The position numbers and the translations under genes are program-made. The notes beneath the pieces were generated by a model. The model did not search any database. It was not told where the DNA came from and was given only the letters and a program-made list of their open reading frames with translations. This document shows, in pieces, positions 45,348-54,398 of a stretch of DNA of 64,000 bases (positions within the stretch are counted from its first letter, which is position 1; the number at the start of each line of letters is the position of its first letter). Source of the stretch: Candidatus Omnitrophota bacterium (lineage in GTDB: Bacteria; Omnitrophota; Gorgyraeia; Gygaellales; JAQTUX01); assembly GCA_028707125.1 (NCBI GenBank), contig JAQTUX010000001.1, positions 608,662 through 672,661 of the forward strand, written 5' to 3'.

Positions 45348-45431
45348 CTATAATATTGACATAGCGCGCGCCGCGTGTTTTAATAAATAAACCTCTATGG
45401 CTGCATAGGGGTAGTTTATTAAAGGAGGCAT

Positions 45432-46205
45432 ATGAAGTTAGACGACATTAAGATATCGCGGGCGATCATAGAAGCGTATTTTGAGAAACTGAAGGCGGCC
45501 TTAGAGGTGGATGTGGCAGTTGTGGGGGCCGGGCCCGCGGGCCTGACCTGCGCTTATTATCTGGCCAAGGCCGGAAAGAAGGCGGCTATCTTTGAAAGAA
45601 AGCTGTCTGTCGGCGGCGGGATGTGGGGCGGCGGCATAATGTTCAATGAGATCGTGGTGCAGAAGGATGCCAGGGCGGTCCTTGATGAGTTCGGCGTAAG
45701 GACGAAGGCCAACAGGGATGGTTATTATCTGGCGGATTCCATTGAGTGCGTTTCTACCTTATGTTCAAAGGCGGTAAAGGCAGGGGCGAAGATATTTAAC
45801 CTTATCAGCGCCGAAGACGTAATGGTCAGGCAGAAGCGCGTACGCGGCCTGGTCCTGAATTGGACAGCGGTTGAGATGGCCCATCTTCATGTTGACCCGA
45901 TCACTATGGCGGCTAAATTTGTGGTAGACGCCACGGGCCACGCCGCCGAGGTGGCGCGTATCGTGGAGAGAAAATCCGGCATACGGCTGAATACGAAGAC
46001 AGGAAAGATCATGGGCGAACAGTCAATGTGGGCGGATAAGGCGGAAGAAACCATTGTAAAGAATTCAAAAGAGGTCTGCCCGGGCCTCTATGTGTGCGGT
46101 ATGTGCGCCAATGCCGTATTCGGAGCGCCCAGAATGGGGCCTATCTTCGGGGGCATGCTTTTGTCGGGCAGGAAGGTCGCCCGGGACCTGCTGAAAAGAT
46201 TGTAA
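45432..46205 (+). CDS. thi4: Thi4-family thiazole synthase (archaeal/eukaryotic type), paralog 1
   Basis: [21 protein letters not shown]...GGGMWGGG. C-terminal [15 protein letters not shown]. Confidence 0.8.
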   Translation: MKLDDIKISRAIIEAYFEKLKAALEVDVAVVGAGPAGLTCAYYLAKAGKKAAIFERKLSVGGGMWGGGIMFNEIVVQKDARAVLDEFGVRTKANRDGYYLADSIECVSTLCSKAVKAGAKIFNLISAEDVMVRQKRVRGLVLNWTAVEMAHLHVDPITMAAKFVVDATGHAAEVARIVERKSGIRLNTKTGKIMGEQSMWADKAEETIVKNSKEVCPGLYVCGMCANAVFGAPRMGPIFGGMLLSGRKVARDLLKRL

Positions 46206-46261
46206 CGCGCGTTTTGTATTGACAGAACGCGGTGATCGTGGTTTAATGTGAACGGATTTAA

Positions 46262-46395
46262 AAACGGGGAGGCCGTAATGCGGCCTGAGAGTTCTGCAGA
46301 GTGAGCAGATTACCCGAAGAACCTGATCTGGATAATGCCAGCGTAGGGAAGGAAGAAGAAATGTGACCCTTATGCATCCGGCATAAGGGTTTTTT
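46262..46395 (+). ncRNA. TPP (THI-box) riboswitch with intrinsic terminator expression platform
   Basis: CTGAGAG...ACCTGATCTGGATAATGCCAGCGTAGGGAA core. Terminator gacccttatgc-atcc-ggcataaggg plus TTTTTT. Promoter TTGACA-17-TTTAAT at 46219-46247. Confidence 0.85.
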
Positions 46396-46414
46396 ATTAA
46401 CAAAGGAGGGCGGG

Positions 46415-47236
46415 ATGTTTGAGAAGGTGACCGAAGCGCAGATCAGCAGGGCCATCGTGGGAGAGTTCAACAAGTGGTTTCAGGATTACATCGTTTCGGA
46501 TGTGGTTATCGTGGGAGCGGGGCCCAGCGGCCTTGTGGCGGCGAGAGGCCTGGCGTCATCCGGGTTTAAGACGCTGATAATTGAAAGCAACAATTACATA
46601 GGAGGGGGGTTCTGGGTCGGAGGATACTTTATGAATACCCTGACATTCAGAAAACCGGCAGATGAGATCTTGGATGAGTTGAAGATACCCTATAAAGAAG
46701 TTGAAGCAGGGTTATTCATATCTGACGGGCCAAATGCCTGCTCCAAACTGATCTCCGCGGCCTGCGATGCCGGGGCAAAGATCCTTAACCTGACCAAATT
46801 TGACGACGTGGTTTACAGGAATAAGCGCGTGGAAGGCGTGGTGATCAATTGGGCGGCGGTCGCGGCCCTGCCGCGGCAGATCACCTGCGTTGACCCTATA
46901 GCCCTTGAGTCAAAGCTGGTCATTGACGCCACAGGCCACGATGCCTGGGTAGCAAAGAGTTTGGAGAGAAGGGGGATGCTGAAACTGCGGGATTTCGGGC
47001 CGATGGATGTCGCCACTTCTGAAGATTTAGTGGTAGAGAAAACAGGCCAGATACATCCGGGCCTGATCGTCTGCGGTATGGCAGCAGCTACTGTTTATGG
47101 GCTGCCTCGCATGGGCCCGACCTTCGCGGGCATGCTCTTTTCCGGAAAGAAGGCAGCTCAGGAGGCAGCAAAAATTCTTACCGGCAAAGAAAATAAAGTG
47201 TATTCCAACTCAAGAGAGGAAGCGGCAGTAGCTTAA
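46415..47236 (+). CDS. thi4: Thi4-family thiazole synthase, paralog 2 (riboswitch-controlled)
   Basis: VVIVGAGPSGLVAARGLA...GGGFWVGG. GMAAATVYGLPRMGP. Confidence 0.8.
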   Translation: MFEKVTEAQISRAIVGEFNKWFQDYIVSDVVIVGAGPSGLVAARGLASSGFKTLIIESNNYIGGGFWVGGYFMNTLTFRKPADEILDELKIPYKEVEAGLFISDGPNACSKLISAACDAGAKILNLTKFDDVVYRNKRVEGVVINWAAVAALPRQITCVDPIALESKLVIDATGHDAWVAKSLERRGMLKLRDFGPMDVATSEDLVVEKTGQIHPGLIVCGMAAATVYGLPRMGPTFAGMLFSGKKAAQEAAKILTGKENKVYSNSREEAAVA

Positions 47237-47374
47237 GCGCTTATAGTGTCAGGTAAGATGGGGCGCATCCTTCAAGGGTGCGCCCTTGATTTTTTCAAAA
47301 AATACTTGACAGAGCCCTTTTCTTATGTATACTTATATTATCAACTAAGTAGTGTATTGAAGGAGTGATTTATT

Positions 47375-47806
47375 ATGAGGTTGTCTGCTAAAGCTGATTA
47401 CGCCTGCAGGGCGGTGGTAGAGCTGGCGCTGCGTTATAACGGGGATGCGCCTGTCCGGTTAAGCGTAATTTCACAGAGCCAGAGGATCCCCAGGAATTTT
47501 CTCACGCAGCTGCTCATACGCCTGAAAAATGCCGGTATCGTGAACAGCGCGAGAGGCATATCAGGAGGGTATTCTTTGGCAAGGCATCCATCCCTGATAA
47601 CCCTTTTGGATGTCCTTAAGGCAATTGACAGCAGCATAGTTGATCGCCCTAAGCCGGGGAAGCCGTCGGCGAGGATCGACTCGCGCAAGATCATCTCGGA
47701 TATAATGGATGAGATAAGCGCCGGAGCGGTAAAGCGCTTACAGGGGATAACGCTTGAGGCCGTGGCCGCTAAACTTAAGAACGAGCAGCCGACCTACTAT
47801 ATTTAA
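47375..47806 (+). CDS. Rrf2-family transcriptional regulator
   Basis: MRLSAKADYACRAVVELA wHTH. TTGACA promoter upstream. Confidence 0.8.
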   Translation: MRLSAKADYACRAVVELALRYNGDAPVRLSVISQSQRIPRNFLTQLLIRLKNAGIVNSARGISGGYSLARHPSLITLLDVLKAIDSSIVDRPKPGKPSARIDSRKIISDIMDEISAGAVKRLQGITLEAVAAKLKNEQPTYYI

Positions 47807-47892
47807 GGTAAGTGAGAGTCAGCCATTAAGCTGACATTATTTTGTCATATAAACATTACTAACTTGATTATGATTATAAGGTAAATGACGGC

Positions 47893-48114
47893 ATGGAAGA
47901 TCATAAGCGTAGTATCGCTAAAGCAGTAAGTTGGCGGTTATTGGGGTTTTGTTTTACCGCTCTTATCGTCTATATCGTAAGCAGGGACATGAAAAAGACC
48001 CTTATAATCGCCGGCAGCGCAGACGCGGTCAAGATAATCTTATATTATTTTCATGAGAGGTTATGGAACAAGGTTAACTTTGGCAGGCAAAAGCCGCCGG
48101 AATATCAGATCTAA
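47893..48114 (+). CDS. DUF2061-like small membrane protein
   Basis: 73 aa, two TM helices. Confidence 0.45.
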   Translation: MEDHKRSIAKAVSWRLLGFCFTALIVYIVSRDMKKTLIIAGSADAVKIILYYFHERLWNKVNFGRQKPPEYQI

Positions 48115-48128
48115 ACAAAGGAGGAGAA

Positions 48129-48836
48129 ATGAGCCTGTTGCGAAACAAGGATGACTTAAGGTCATTGGTCGAAACACTTAATTTCAAGGAAAAGGTTGAA
48201 AGATCCAAACAGCTTATAAGGGAGGCATACGAGGTATACGGTGATTCGTTAGTCGTGGCCAACAGTTTAGGCAAGGATTCTGTCGCTGTATGGGATCTGG
48301 CCAAGAAGGTCAACCCCAAAATACGCGGTTTTATCGTTACTACCAGATTTAAGCCGCCTGAGACAATAAAGTTTATGAATGAAGTAGCCGCTGATTATCC
48401 CGAGCTTAAGATCTATAAGAGCGACGCGAAAATAGAGAACGGGCTTTACGGGAAGAATCCTGATCTGTGCTGTGATATCCTGAAGGTCGAGCCGGTGAAG
48501 CGCGCCGTAGAAGAGATGGGCGTAAAATGCTGGGTAACCGGCCTGCGCTGCACCGAAGGCAGGACGCGCACGGATTTTAAAGAGATAGAAGAAAGGGATG
48601 AGGGGCTGATCAAGCTCAACCCGATCCTGATCTGGAAGGAAAGGGAGGTGTGGCAATATCTGGCATTATACGGCGTTAAGGTCAATCCTTTATATGCTGA
48701 AGGATACAGGTCATTAGGCTGCGCCCCCTGCACCAGGATAACGAATGAAGACAATGAACGAGCGGGCCGCTGGATAGGCACTAGCAAATGCGGAGGAGAA
48801 TGCGGTATCCACACAAGGCCGTTGAAATCCAAATAA
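48129..48836 (+). CDS. cysH: phosphoadenosine phosphosulfate / adenylylsulfate reductase (CysH family, Fe-S type)
   Basis: PAPS-reductase fold. CC...C and C-terminal KCGGECGIH cysteines. Confidence 0.75.
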   Translation: MSLLRNKDDLRSLVETLNFKEKVERSKQLIREAYEVYGDSLVVANSLGKDSVAVWDLAKKVNPKIRGFIVTTRFKPPETIKFMNEVAADYPELKIYKSDAKIENGLYGKNPDLCCDILKVEPVKRAVEEMGVKCWVTGLRCTEGRTRTDFKEIEERDEGLIKLNPILIWKEREVWQYLALYGVKVNPLYAEGYRSLGCAPCTRITNEDNERAGRWIGTSKCGGECGIHTRPLKSK

Positions 48837-48837
48837 T

Positions 48838-49314
48838 ATGAAAAGATATTATGCCATATGTGTTGATTTGGAAGACAAGCCTGCCGTTGTTGTGGGCGGA
48901 GGCAGGGTTGCCGAGCGCAAGGCAAGGGCGCTGCTTAAGACCGGGGCGGATGTCAGTGTCGTATCTCCGGTTTTGACCAAAGGCCTGGCGCGCCATGTTA
49001 AAGCAGGGCGGCTTAAGTGGACGCCGCGGCCAGTAAGATCAAACGACCTGAGGAGCGCCTGCATTGTCATTGCCGCGACATCCGACAGCGGCATTAATAA
49101 AAAGGTAAGCGCCTGGGCAAGGAAGCGCAAGGCGCTGGTTAATGTGGTGGATGCTCCGCGGATAAGCAGCTATATTTCGCCTGCCTTGATAGCAGTAAAG
49201 GGCGTGAAGGTCGCGGTTTATACTGACGGCAGGGACCCGGTATTAAGCAGGGATTTAAAGAATTTCTTAAAGGAGCGCTGGGATGTATTTTTATCTTATA
49301 GGAATAGATCATAA
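48838..49314 (+). CDS. sirC: precorrin-2 dehydrogenase / sirohydrochlorin ferrochelatase (siroheme synthase N-terminal domain)
   Basis: VVGGGRVAERKARALLKTGADVSVVSP Rossmann. Confidence 0.75.
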   Translation: MKRYYAICVDLEDKPAVVVGGGRVAERKARALLKTGADVSVVSPVLTKGLARHVKAGRLKWTPRPVRSNDLRSACIVIAATSDSGINKKVSAWARKRKALVNVVDAPRISSYISPALIAVKGVKVAVYTDGRDPVLSRDLKNFLKERWDVFLSYRNRS

Positions 49315-50191
49315 GACGGCCGACGTAAGTATCCGTAGCGCGCTATACCGCGGGCGTAAGGAGATAGAGGATTTTTGGGGGCGCGTAGCGTACGGAGGGA
49401 CGGCCTTGCTTTTTACCTGCAACCGTATAGAGATATACGGAGTGGTTAAGGAGGCCGAAGACGTCTTTTATTATTTTGATGAGTTCGGCAGGCAATTTCC
49501 GGATTTCTTGAGGCGGGCGTATATCAAATATGGCCGACGGGATATTCTTTCTCACGCCTCGCGCCTGGCATCGGGCCTGGAATCTCAGCTTAAGGGAGAG
49601 CGCCAGATACTGAACCAGCTTGATTCCTGGTTGTCTAATGAGGGTTTTCCTTCCGCGCTTAAGGAGCTATGGCAGGAGGCGCTGCTGTTGTCTGAGGGCG
49701 CGCGCCTGAGCTCAGGGACAGGCAATTCTTCCCACAACATAGCCGGTGTGGTCTTTGACGACATAGGCCGCAGCATAAGATCAGGCCGGGCCCTTGAGAT
49801 AACGGTCGTAGGCACTGGCAAAATAGCGGAGATCATTTCCCAATATCCCGTTAAGCCGGCGCGTATCAACTTTGCCGCGCATAAAAATTTCAGGAAGGCG
49901 GTGCTGCTGGCAAAGGGGTCGGGCGGTGAGGCGGTCAATCTCGCGGAGCTGCCGCGGTTACTGGCCGCGACAGATGTGTTGATCAGCGCGACGTTAAGCC
50001 CGCATTACGTTATCAAGGCAAAGGATGTTTCAGCGGCTGCTGTCGGACGCGCGGCCCCTCTTTACATTTACGATCTGGCTATGCCGCTTGATGTAGAGCC
50101 GGACGTAAGCGGGATCAAGGGGATAATCCTGAAAAATACAGATGATCTAAAGGACGCTTTTGAACGACATAATAACTTGATAGATGCGTAA
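49283..50191 (+). CDS. hemA: glutamyl-tRNA reductase (short form, no C-terminal dimerisation domain)
   Basis: LIGIDHKTADVSIRSAL, TCNRIEIYG, VVGTGKIAEI. Confidence 0.75.
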   Translation: MYFYLIGIDHKTADVSIRSALYRGRKEIEDFWGRVAYGGTALLFTCNRIEIYGVVKEAEDVFYYFDEFGRQFPDFLRRAYIKYGRRDILSHASRLASGLESQLKGERQILNQLDSWLSNEGFPSALKELWQEALLLSEGARLSSGTGNSSHNIAGVVFDDIGRSIRSGRALEITVVGTGKIAEIISQYPVKPARINFAAHKNFRKAVLLAKGSGGEAVNLAELPRLLAATDVLISATLSPHYVIKAKDVSAAAVGRAAPLYIYDLAMPLDVEPDVSGIKGIILKNTDDLKDAFERHNNLIDA

Positions 50192-50846
50192 ATTAAGGAC
50201 AGGCACGCGGCCGAGCCGGCTGGCGTTAAAACAGGTTGAAGAGATAGAAAGATTATTCCCCGGAATAAGATTCAAGGCAGTAACTTATCAGACCCCGGGG
50301 GACAGGGATAAACTAACTCCTATTTCCGAGATCGAGGGCTCTGATTTTTTCACCAGGGACATTGACCGGGCGCTTTTGAGGGGAGAGATAGATCTGGCAG
50401 TGCACAGCAGCAAGGACTTACCGCAGAGTTTGACGCCGGGTTTGGCGGTCGCCTTTGAGGCCGCGGCCTTAAGCCCCTTTGACGCCTTTATCTCAAAGGA
50501 CGGGCTGGCATTAAAGAGATTGCCGGTGAAAAGCAGAGTGGGGACCAGCAGTAACAGGAGGAAAAGCCAGATCAAGGTTCTCAGGCCCGACCTTCAAATA
50601 GTCGATATCCGCGGCACCATTGAAGAAAGGATATCTCTCATCGCCTCCGGGAAAATAGACGGCCTTATTGTCGCTCACGCGGCTTTGATCCGGCTGGGTT
50701 TAGAGAAAGAAATATCGGAGGTATTTCCGCTGAACGTATTTCAGACGCATCCAAAGCAGGGCAGTTTATCAATAGTAACAAGAGAGGATATATGCGCAAA
50801 GCTAAGGTCTATCTTATTGGCGCCGGCCCGGGTGACTGGGAGCTGA
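50184..50846 (+). CDS. hemC: hydroxymethylbilane synthase (porphobilinogen deaminase), apparently lacking domain 3
   Basis: RPSRLALKQVEEI, DLAVHSSKDLP, GTIEERI. Ends near the position equivalent to E. coli residue 225. Confidence 0.65.
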   Translation: MRKLRTGTRPSRLALKQVEEIERLFPGIRFKAVTYQTPGDRDKLTPISEIEGSDFFTRDIDRALLRGEIDLAVHSSKDLPQSLTPGLAVAFEAAALSPFDAFISKDGLALKRLPVKSRVGTSSNRRKSQIKVLRPDLQIVDIRGTIEERISLIASGKIDGLIVAHAALIRLGLEKEISEVFPLNVFQTHPKQGSLSIVTREDICAKLRSILLAPARVTGS

Positions 50847-51529
50847 TCAGCGTCAAAGGCCTGAAGCGGCTGAGGCAGGCCGACGTCATATTGTATGATT
50901 TCCTGGCTTCAAAAGACCTTCTATGGTTTGCCAAAAAAGGCGCGGAGATAATCTGCGTGGGCAAAAAAGACGGGCTGCATCTATTAGAGCAGAGGCAGAT
51001 CAATAAATTGCTTTATCAAAAGGCCGCGGAGAATAAGATCATCGCCCGCTTAAAAGGCGGCGACCCGTTCGTCTTCAGCCGCGGCATAGAAGAGGCGTTG
51101 TATCTAAAGAGGAAAGGCATTGATTTTGAGGTCATTCCCGGAGTTACTTCGGCCTTTGCCGCCGCGGAAAGTTTCGGCATCCCTTTGACCAAAAGAAAGG
51201 AATTTTCTTCCGTAGCGGTTTTGACCGGAAGAAAAAGCGGCGGCGGCCCCATTGACGCCCCTGCTTGCGATACCCTGGTTTATCTTATGGCGGTAGGGAA
51301 TATAAACAACGTGGTTAATGCTGTGTTGAGATCGGGAATGGCCAAAAATACGCCTTGCGCGTTTATAGAGCAGGGGACGACCGACAGGCAAAGGATCACC
51401 GTAGGCACATTAGCGGATATCGCTTATAAGGCGCGTAAATACGCGGTCAGGCCGCCGGCGGTATTTATCGTGGGAGAGATCATAAAATATGGGGAAAAAA
51501 TTTACGGACATGAATTTAAGGACCGCTGA
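50792..51529 (+). CDS. cobA: uroporphyrinogen-III C-methyltransferase
   Basis: KVYLIGAGPGDWELISVKG, VVRLKGGDP-type motifs. Confidence 0.85.
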   Translation: MRKAKVYLIGAGPGDWELISVKGLKRLRQADVILYDFLASKDLLWFAKKGAEIICVGKKDGLHLLEQRQINKLLYQKAAENKIIARLKGGDPFVFSRGIEEALYLKRKGIDFEVIPGVTSAFAAAESFGIPLTKRKEFSSVAVLTGRKSGGGPIDAPACDTLVYLMAVGNINNVVNAVLRSGMAKNTPCAFIEQGTTDRQRITVGTLADIAYKARKYAVRPPAVFIVGEIIKYGEKIYGHEFKDR

Positions 51530-52445
51530 CTTCATTTATCCCTATTTTGTGACTGGCGGAAAGAACAAGAAAGAGGAGATCAATTCCTTTCCCGGCATAT
51601 TCCGTTTTTCCCTTGACCGGCTGCTCAGTGATATAGGGGAAAGCAGAAAATTGGGACTGAATAAAATACTCTTGTTCGGCATCCCCGATACCAAAGACGC
51701 GAGGGGAACCACGGCTTATAAAGAAGACAACATTGTTTCTCTGGCAGTGGAGGGAATAAAGAAAAGATTCCCGGCTTTAATTGTGATGACCGATGTCTGC
51801 CTTTGCGCCTATACAACACACGGGCACTGTGGAATCTTGAAAGCGAAAAGCGCAAAGCGAAAAGCGCAAAACGGCGTTAACATTGATAACAAAAATACAT
51901 TAGAAACCCTGTCTAATGTCGCCATTTCGCATGCTGAAGCCGGGGCTGACTGGGTCGCGCCCTCTGCAATGGCAAGGGGCCAGGTAAGAGCCATAAGAAG
52001 CGCGTTGGATAAAAACGGCTATAATAAGGTAAAGATCATGGGTTATTCCGCGAAATTCGCCTCAAATTTTTACGGGCCGTTCAGGCAGGCGGCCAATTCA
52101 GCGCCCGCTTTCGGCGACAGGAAAGGATATCAACTTGATTACAATGACGCGGAGGCGGCGATTAAAAGGATAGGCGATGATATCAGAGAAGGGGCGGGCG
52201 CGGTGATGGTTAAGCCGGCCCTGGCATATCTTGATGTGGTTAAGCAGGCCAAATTAAGATTTAAGCATCCGCTCGCGGCATATAATGTCAGCGGGGAATA
52301 TTCTATGGTTAAATACGGCGCAAAGTCAGGCCTTTGGGATGAGAGAAAGATGGTGTTTGAGACCATAGGGTCGATCAAGCGAGCAGGCGCGGATCTTATC
52401 ATTACGTATCATGCGAAGGACATAGCGAGATGGCTCAGGGAGTGA
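51489..52445 (+). CDS. hemB: porphobilinogen synthase (ALA dehydratase)
   Basis: MTDVCLCAYTTHGHCG metal site. Active-site Lys regions. Confidence 0.85.
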   Translation: MGKKFTDMNLRTADFIYPYFVTGGKNKKEEINSFPGIFRFSLDRLLSDIGESRKLGLNKILLFGIPDTKDARGTTAYKEDNIVSLAVEGIKKRFPALIVMTDVCLCAYTTHGHCGILKAKSAKRKAQNGVNIDNKNTLETLSNVAISHAEAGADWVAPSAMARGQVRAIRSALDKNGYNKVKIMGYSAKFASNFYGPFRQAANSAPAFGDRKGYQLDYNDAEAAIKRIGDDIREGAGAVMVKPALAYLDVVKQAKLRFKHPLAAYNVSGEYSMVKYGAKSGLWDERKMVFETIGSIKRAGADLIITYHAKDIARWLRE

Positions 52446-53677
52446 CGAAAAACCTGTTAAATAGGGCACAACGGCATCTTGTCGGCGGGGTGAACAGCCC
52501 TGTGCGGGCGTTTAATTATGTCGGCGAAGAGCCGTTGTTGATCAAGAGAGGCAGGGGATGCCGTGTTTATGACTATGACGGTAAAGAATACATTGATTAT
52601 GTGCTTTCCTGGGGAAGTTTAATTCTCGGCCATGCCTTTCCTTCCGTGATAAATGCCGTCAGTAAGGCGGCGCGATCCGGCTTGAGTTTCGGAGCTACCA
52701 ATCAGCGGGAAATAGAGTTGGCAGAGATGATAAAGACGGCTGTTCCCTTTGTGGATAAGCTGCGCTTTGTCAGTTCCGGCACCGAGGCGGTTATGGGGGC
52801 GATACGGCTGGCGCGTGGCTGCACAGGCAGGGATAAAATACTCAAGTTCAATAATTCATACCATGGCCACGCGGACTATCTTCTTGCCTCGGCCGGTTCA
52901 GGCCTGGCTACTTTCGGCATTCCGCAGAGCAAAGGCGTGCCGCTTGACTTTATCCGGCATACATTGATCTCGCCTTACGGCGATATTGAAAGATTAGAGA
53001 GGGTTTTCAGGAAATACGGCAAGGATATTGCCGCGGTTATAGTTGAGCCGGCAGGCGCAAACTACGGGGTCGTTGTCCCGGATATCGCTTTTCTGAAGAG
53101 CGCGAGATCGCTGACCCGTAAATACGGGGTATTGCTGATCTTTGACGAGGTGATCACAGGGTTTCGTTTCCATTTCGGGGCGCTTGCCTCTATTTCAGGC
53201 CTGACCCCTGATCTGGTCTGTTTAGGCAAGATCATCGGCGGCGGCTTACCCGTAGGCGCGTATGGGGGCGGCCGGAGGATAATGCGGAATCTCGCTCCGG
53301 AGGGCAGGGTTTATCAGGCATCCACCTTTGCCGGCAATCCTGTTGTGATGGCTGCCGGTATAGCAACGCTTAAAACACTTTCAGCATTAAGGCGCGGGTA
53401 TAAGGGGCTGGAGCTCCTGACAGCGCGTCTTACGGATGGGATAAAAAGAGAGGGGGTTTCCCGCGACATAGATTTCGAGATAAGCCGCTTTGGCGCGATG
53501 TTCAGTTTTAAATTCAAGCGCAAAGGCGATTTTGAGAAATTTTATGGCGCCATGCGGAAACTTGGCGTATTTTTCGCGCCTTCTGAATTTGAGGCAAACT
53601 TTTTATCTTTTTCCCACACAAGAAAAGATGTCGATAAAACGCTGGCTAAGGCAAGAGAGGCATTATGGAAAATATAG
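52430..53677 (+). CDS. hemL: glutamate-1-semialdehyde 2,1-aminomutase
   Basis: Class III aminotransferase, LIFDEVITGFR, PLP Lys in GKIIGGG. Confidence 0.85.
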   Translation: MAQGVTKNLLNRAQRHLVGGVNSPVRAFNYVGEEPLLIKRGRGCRVYDYDGKEYIDYVLSWGSLILGHAFPSVINAVSKAARSGLSFGATNQREIELAEMIKTAVPFVDKLRFVSSGTEAVMGAIRLARGCTGRDKILKFNNSYHGHADYLLASAGSGLATFGIPQSKGVPLDFIRHTLISPYGDIERLERVFRKYGKDIAAVIVEPAGANYGVVVPDIAFLKSARSLTRKYGVLLIFDEVITGFRFHFGALASISGLTPDLVCLGKIIGGGLPVGAYGGGRRIMRNLAPEGRVYQASTFAGNPVVMAAGIATLKTLSALRRGYKGLELLTARLTDGIKREGVSRDIDFEISRFGAMFSFKFKRKGDFEKFYGAMRKLGVFFAPSEFEANFLSFSHTRKDVDKTLAKAREALWKI

Positions 53678-54381
53678 ATTATGACGCGCTGAAGCAGCGC
53701 GGATTCTTGAGGCAAAAACAGGAAGGTTTTTTTGTATTAAGGACGCGTATGAGCAGGGGCATATACAGTAAAGAGCAGCTGGATAAGTTCAGCGAAATCG
53801 CCTCAAAATACGGCAGGGGCTTTATCCATGCCACCACAAGGCAGGGGTTAGAGGTGCCGTTTATCCGGTTTGAAGACATAGACAGGGTAGAGCAGGAGCT
53901 TAAGTCCGCTGGCATACTTACCGGCACATCGGGGCCGCGCCTTAGGACCACTACCTGCTGCCCGGGAAATAATTGGTGCAAGTCAGGGCTGGTCAATACT
54001 TTTTCGCTTGCCGAGAGAATAGAAAAAGAGCTGGGGATAGCGTGCGGATTGAATCTGCCCCATAAGTTCAAGATAGCCATATCCGGCTGCCCCAATGCCT
54101 GTGTGCGGCCTCAAACTTCAGAGATAGGGCTGCACGGCGCGGTCGATGCCTCGGATCCGAAGAATCCCCGATTTGGATTCGTCGTATATCTGGGAGGCTG
54201 CGGCGGCAGGACGCCCAGGAACGCCTTTAAGCTGGATAAGGTCCTCAGCGAAGATGAGGTCCTGCCTTTAATTGGGAAAGTGGTCAAGTTCCATAAGGAG
54301 CACGCTAAGCCCAGGCAGCGCCTGGCATTGCTGATAGAGGAGTTCGGAAGGGATAATTTCCTAAAAGAAATTGCAGTTTAG
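53665..54381 (+). CDS. nitrite/sulfite reductase-type siroheme-[4Fe-4S] module protein
   Basis: TTCCPGNNWC and ISGCPNACVRP cysteine motifs. 238 aa. Confidence 0.6.
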   Translation: MENIDYDALKQRGFLRQKQEGFFVLRTRMSRGIYSKEQLDKFSEIASKYGRGFIHATTRQGLEVPFIRFEDIDRVEQELKSAGILTGTSGPRLRTTTCCPGNNWCKSGLVNTFSLAERIEKELGIACGLNLPHKFKIAISGCPNACVRPQTSEIGLHGAVDASDPKNPRFGFVVYLGGCGGRTPRNAFKLDKVLSEDEVLPLIGKVVKFHKEHAKPRQRLALLIEEFGRDNFLKEIAV

Positions 54382-54398
54382 ATGCGCTGTGATATATT

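Noticed and set aside
50184-50846. hemC-cobA as a single fused gene
   Set aside because: The two ORFs are in different frames and overlap by 55 nt. cobA begins with its canonical N-terminal motif, so a fusion would need a frameshift. Kept as separate genes, with the truncation flagged.
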